A DNA stretch of 64,000 bases from Lingula anatina (Eukaryota; Animalia; Brachiopoda): the NCBI GenBank assembly GCA_051362555.1, contig CM120641.1, positions 43,592,401 to 43,656,400 of the forward strand, written 5' to 3'. The first letter of the stretch is position 1; the number at the start of each line of letters is the position of its first letter. The notes beneath the pieces are model-generated. The model saw nothing but the letters and a program-made list of their open reading frames with translations, was not told the DNA's origin and ran no database searches. Below, one piece after another: positions 63,408 to 64,000 of the stretch. Made by a program: the position numbers and the translations under genes.

Positions 63408-64000
63408 GTGATGGCAAGCAAAAATTCCAGAATAATTGCCTTAACCGCCGTTTTGGTGGTTAAATAGAATTTATTATAGTTCTATGAGTTGTTTAAAATG
63501 TATTTATTGTGAAATATGAATATATTACGAACAGCTGTTATCCCTTTAAGTACAATGAATATATTGTACAAAATAGGTGCTATTACATATAAAGTCTTGT
63601 GAAAATATTATTAGATATCATTGTCAACGCCAGCATAATATCTTTGGTCATTCATGCATCAGCCATCAGTCATAAAAGGGCTCTTAACTGCACCTTCTTT
63701 AAATTTTCGGTCGTAATTTGACCTTCATATATGACCAACTTATATGTCCTTGTTATGTTTATGCATAGAAAGCAAGCAGAAAAATCCGTTCAAATATCAT
63801 TTTTCGGGTATTATGCAACGATGACATTTGGCATTTCTCTAGGTTGTACTTTCTGAAACTATGTGATGGGATATGGTCAGCTTTCATGGCAAAAATGACC
63901 CAAAATGCAAATGCAATTATTCAGTTAGAATGACAAGGGTAAATAGCATAACCAAAAATATTTGTTTTTGTGTGTTACCTCTTTCGCGCGCCTTCTCTAA

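Noticed and set aside
63420-64000. Possible DNA-transposon interior
   Set aside because: No terminal repeat pair or coding remnant is visible within the window, so it cannot be supported.

Overview
AT-rich, intron-rich animal DNA; an invertebrate, probably a mollusc or other lophotrochozoan (inferred from protein style and repeat families). I rebuilt five genes exon by exon with consistent phases: the 3' half of a PSD/EFA6 ARF-GEF (+), a complete DPP8/9 peptidase (-, 19 coding exons), a METTL25/METTL25B-family methyltransferase (+, head-to-head with DPP9, with a His/Cys-rich coding minisatellite), a two-exon sarcoplasmic calcium-binding protein (SCP)-like EF-hand gene with an unexpected signal peptide (-), and a synaptotagmin-15-like gene (-). 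There are many non-autonomous DNA transposons, including PIF/Harbinger-like MITEs and a Helentron-type element. The best leads are the apparently secreted SCP-like protein, a candidate small gene nested antisense in a SYT15 intron, a candidate internal promoter giving a transmembrane-less SYT15, the coding minisatellite, two tandem duplications spanning splice sites, and a sharp CpG-poor/CpG-rich boundary near 30.4 kb. No CRISPR array, tRNA or rRNA was found. All calls were made by eye; no searches were run.
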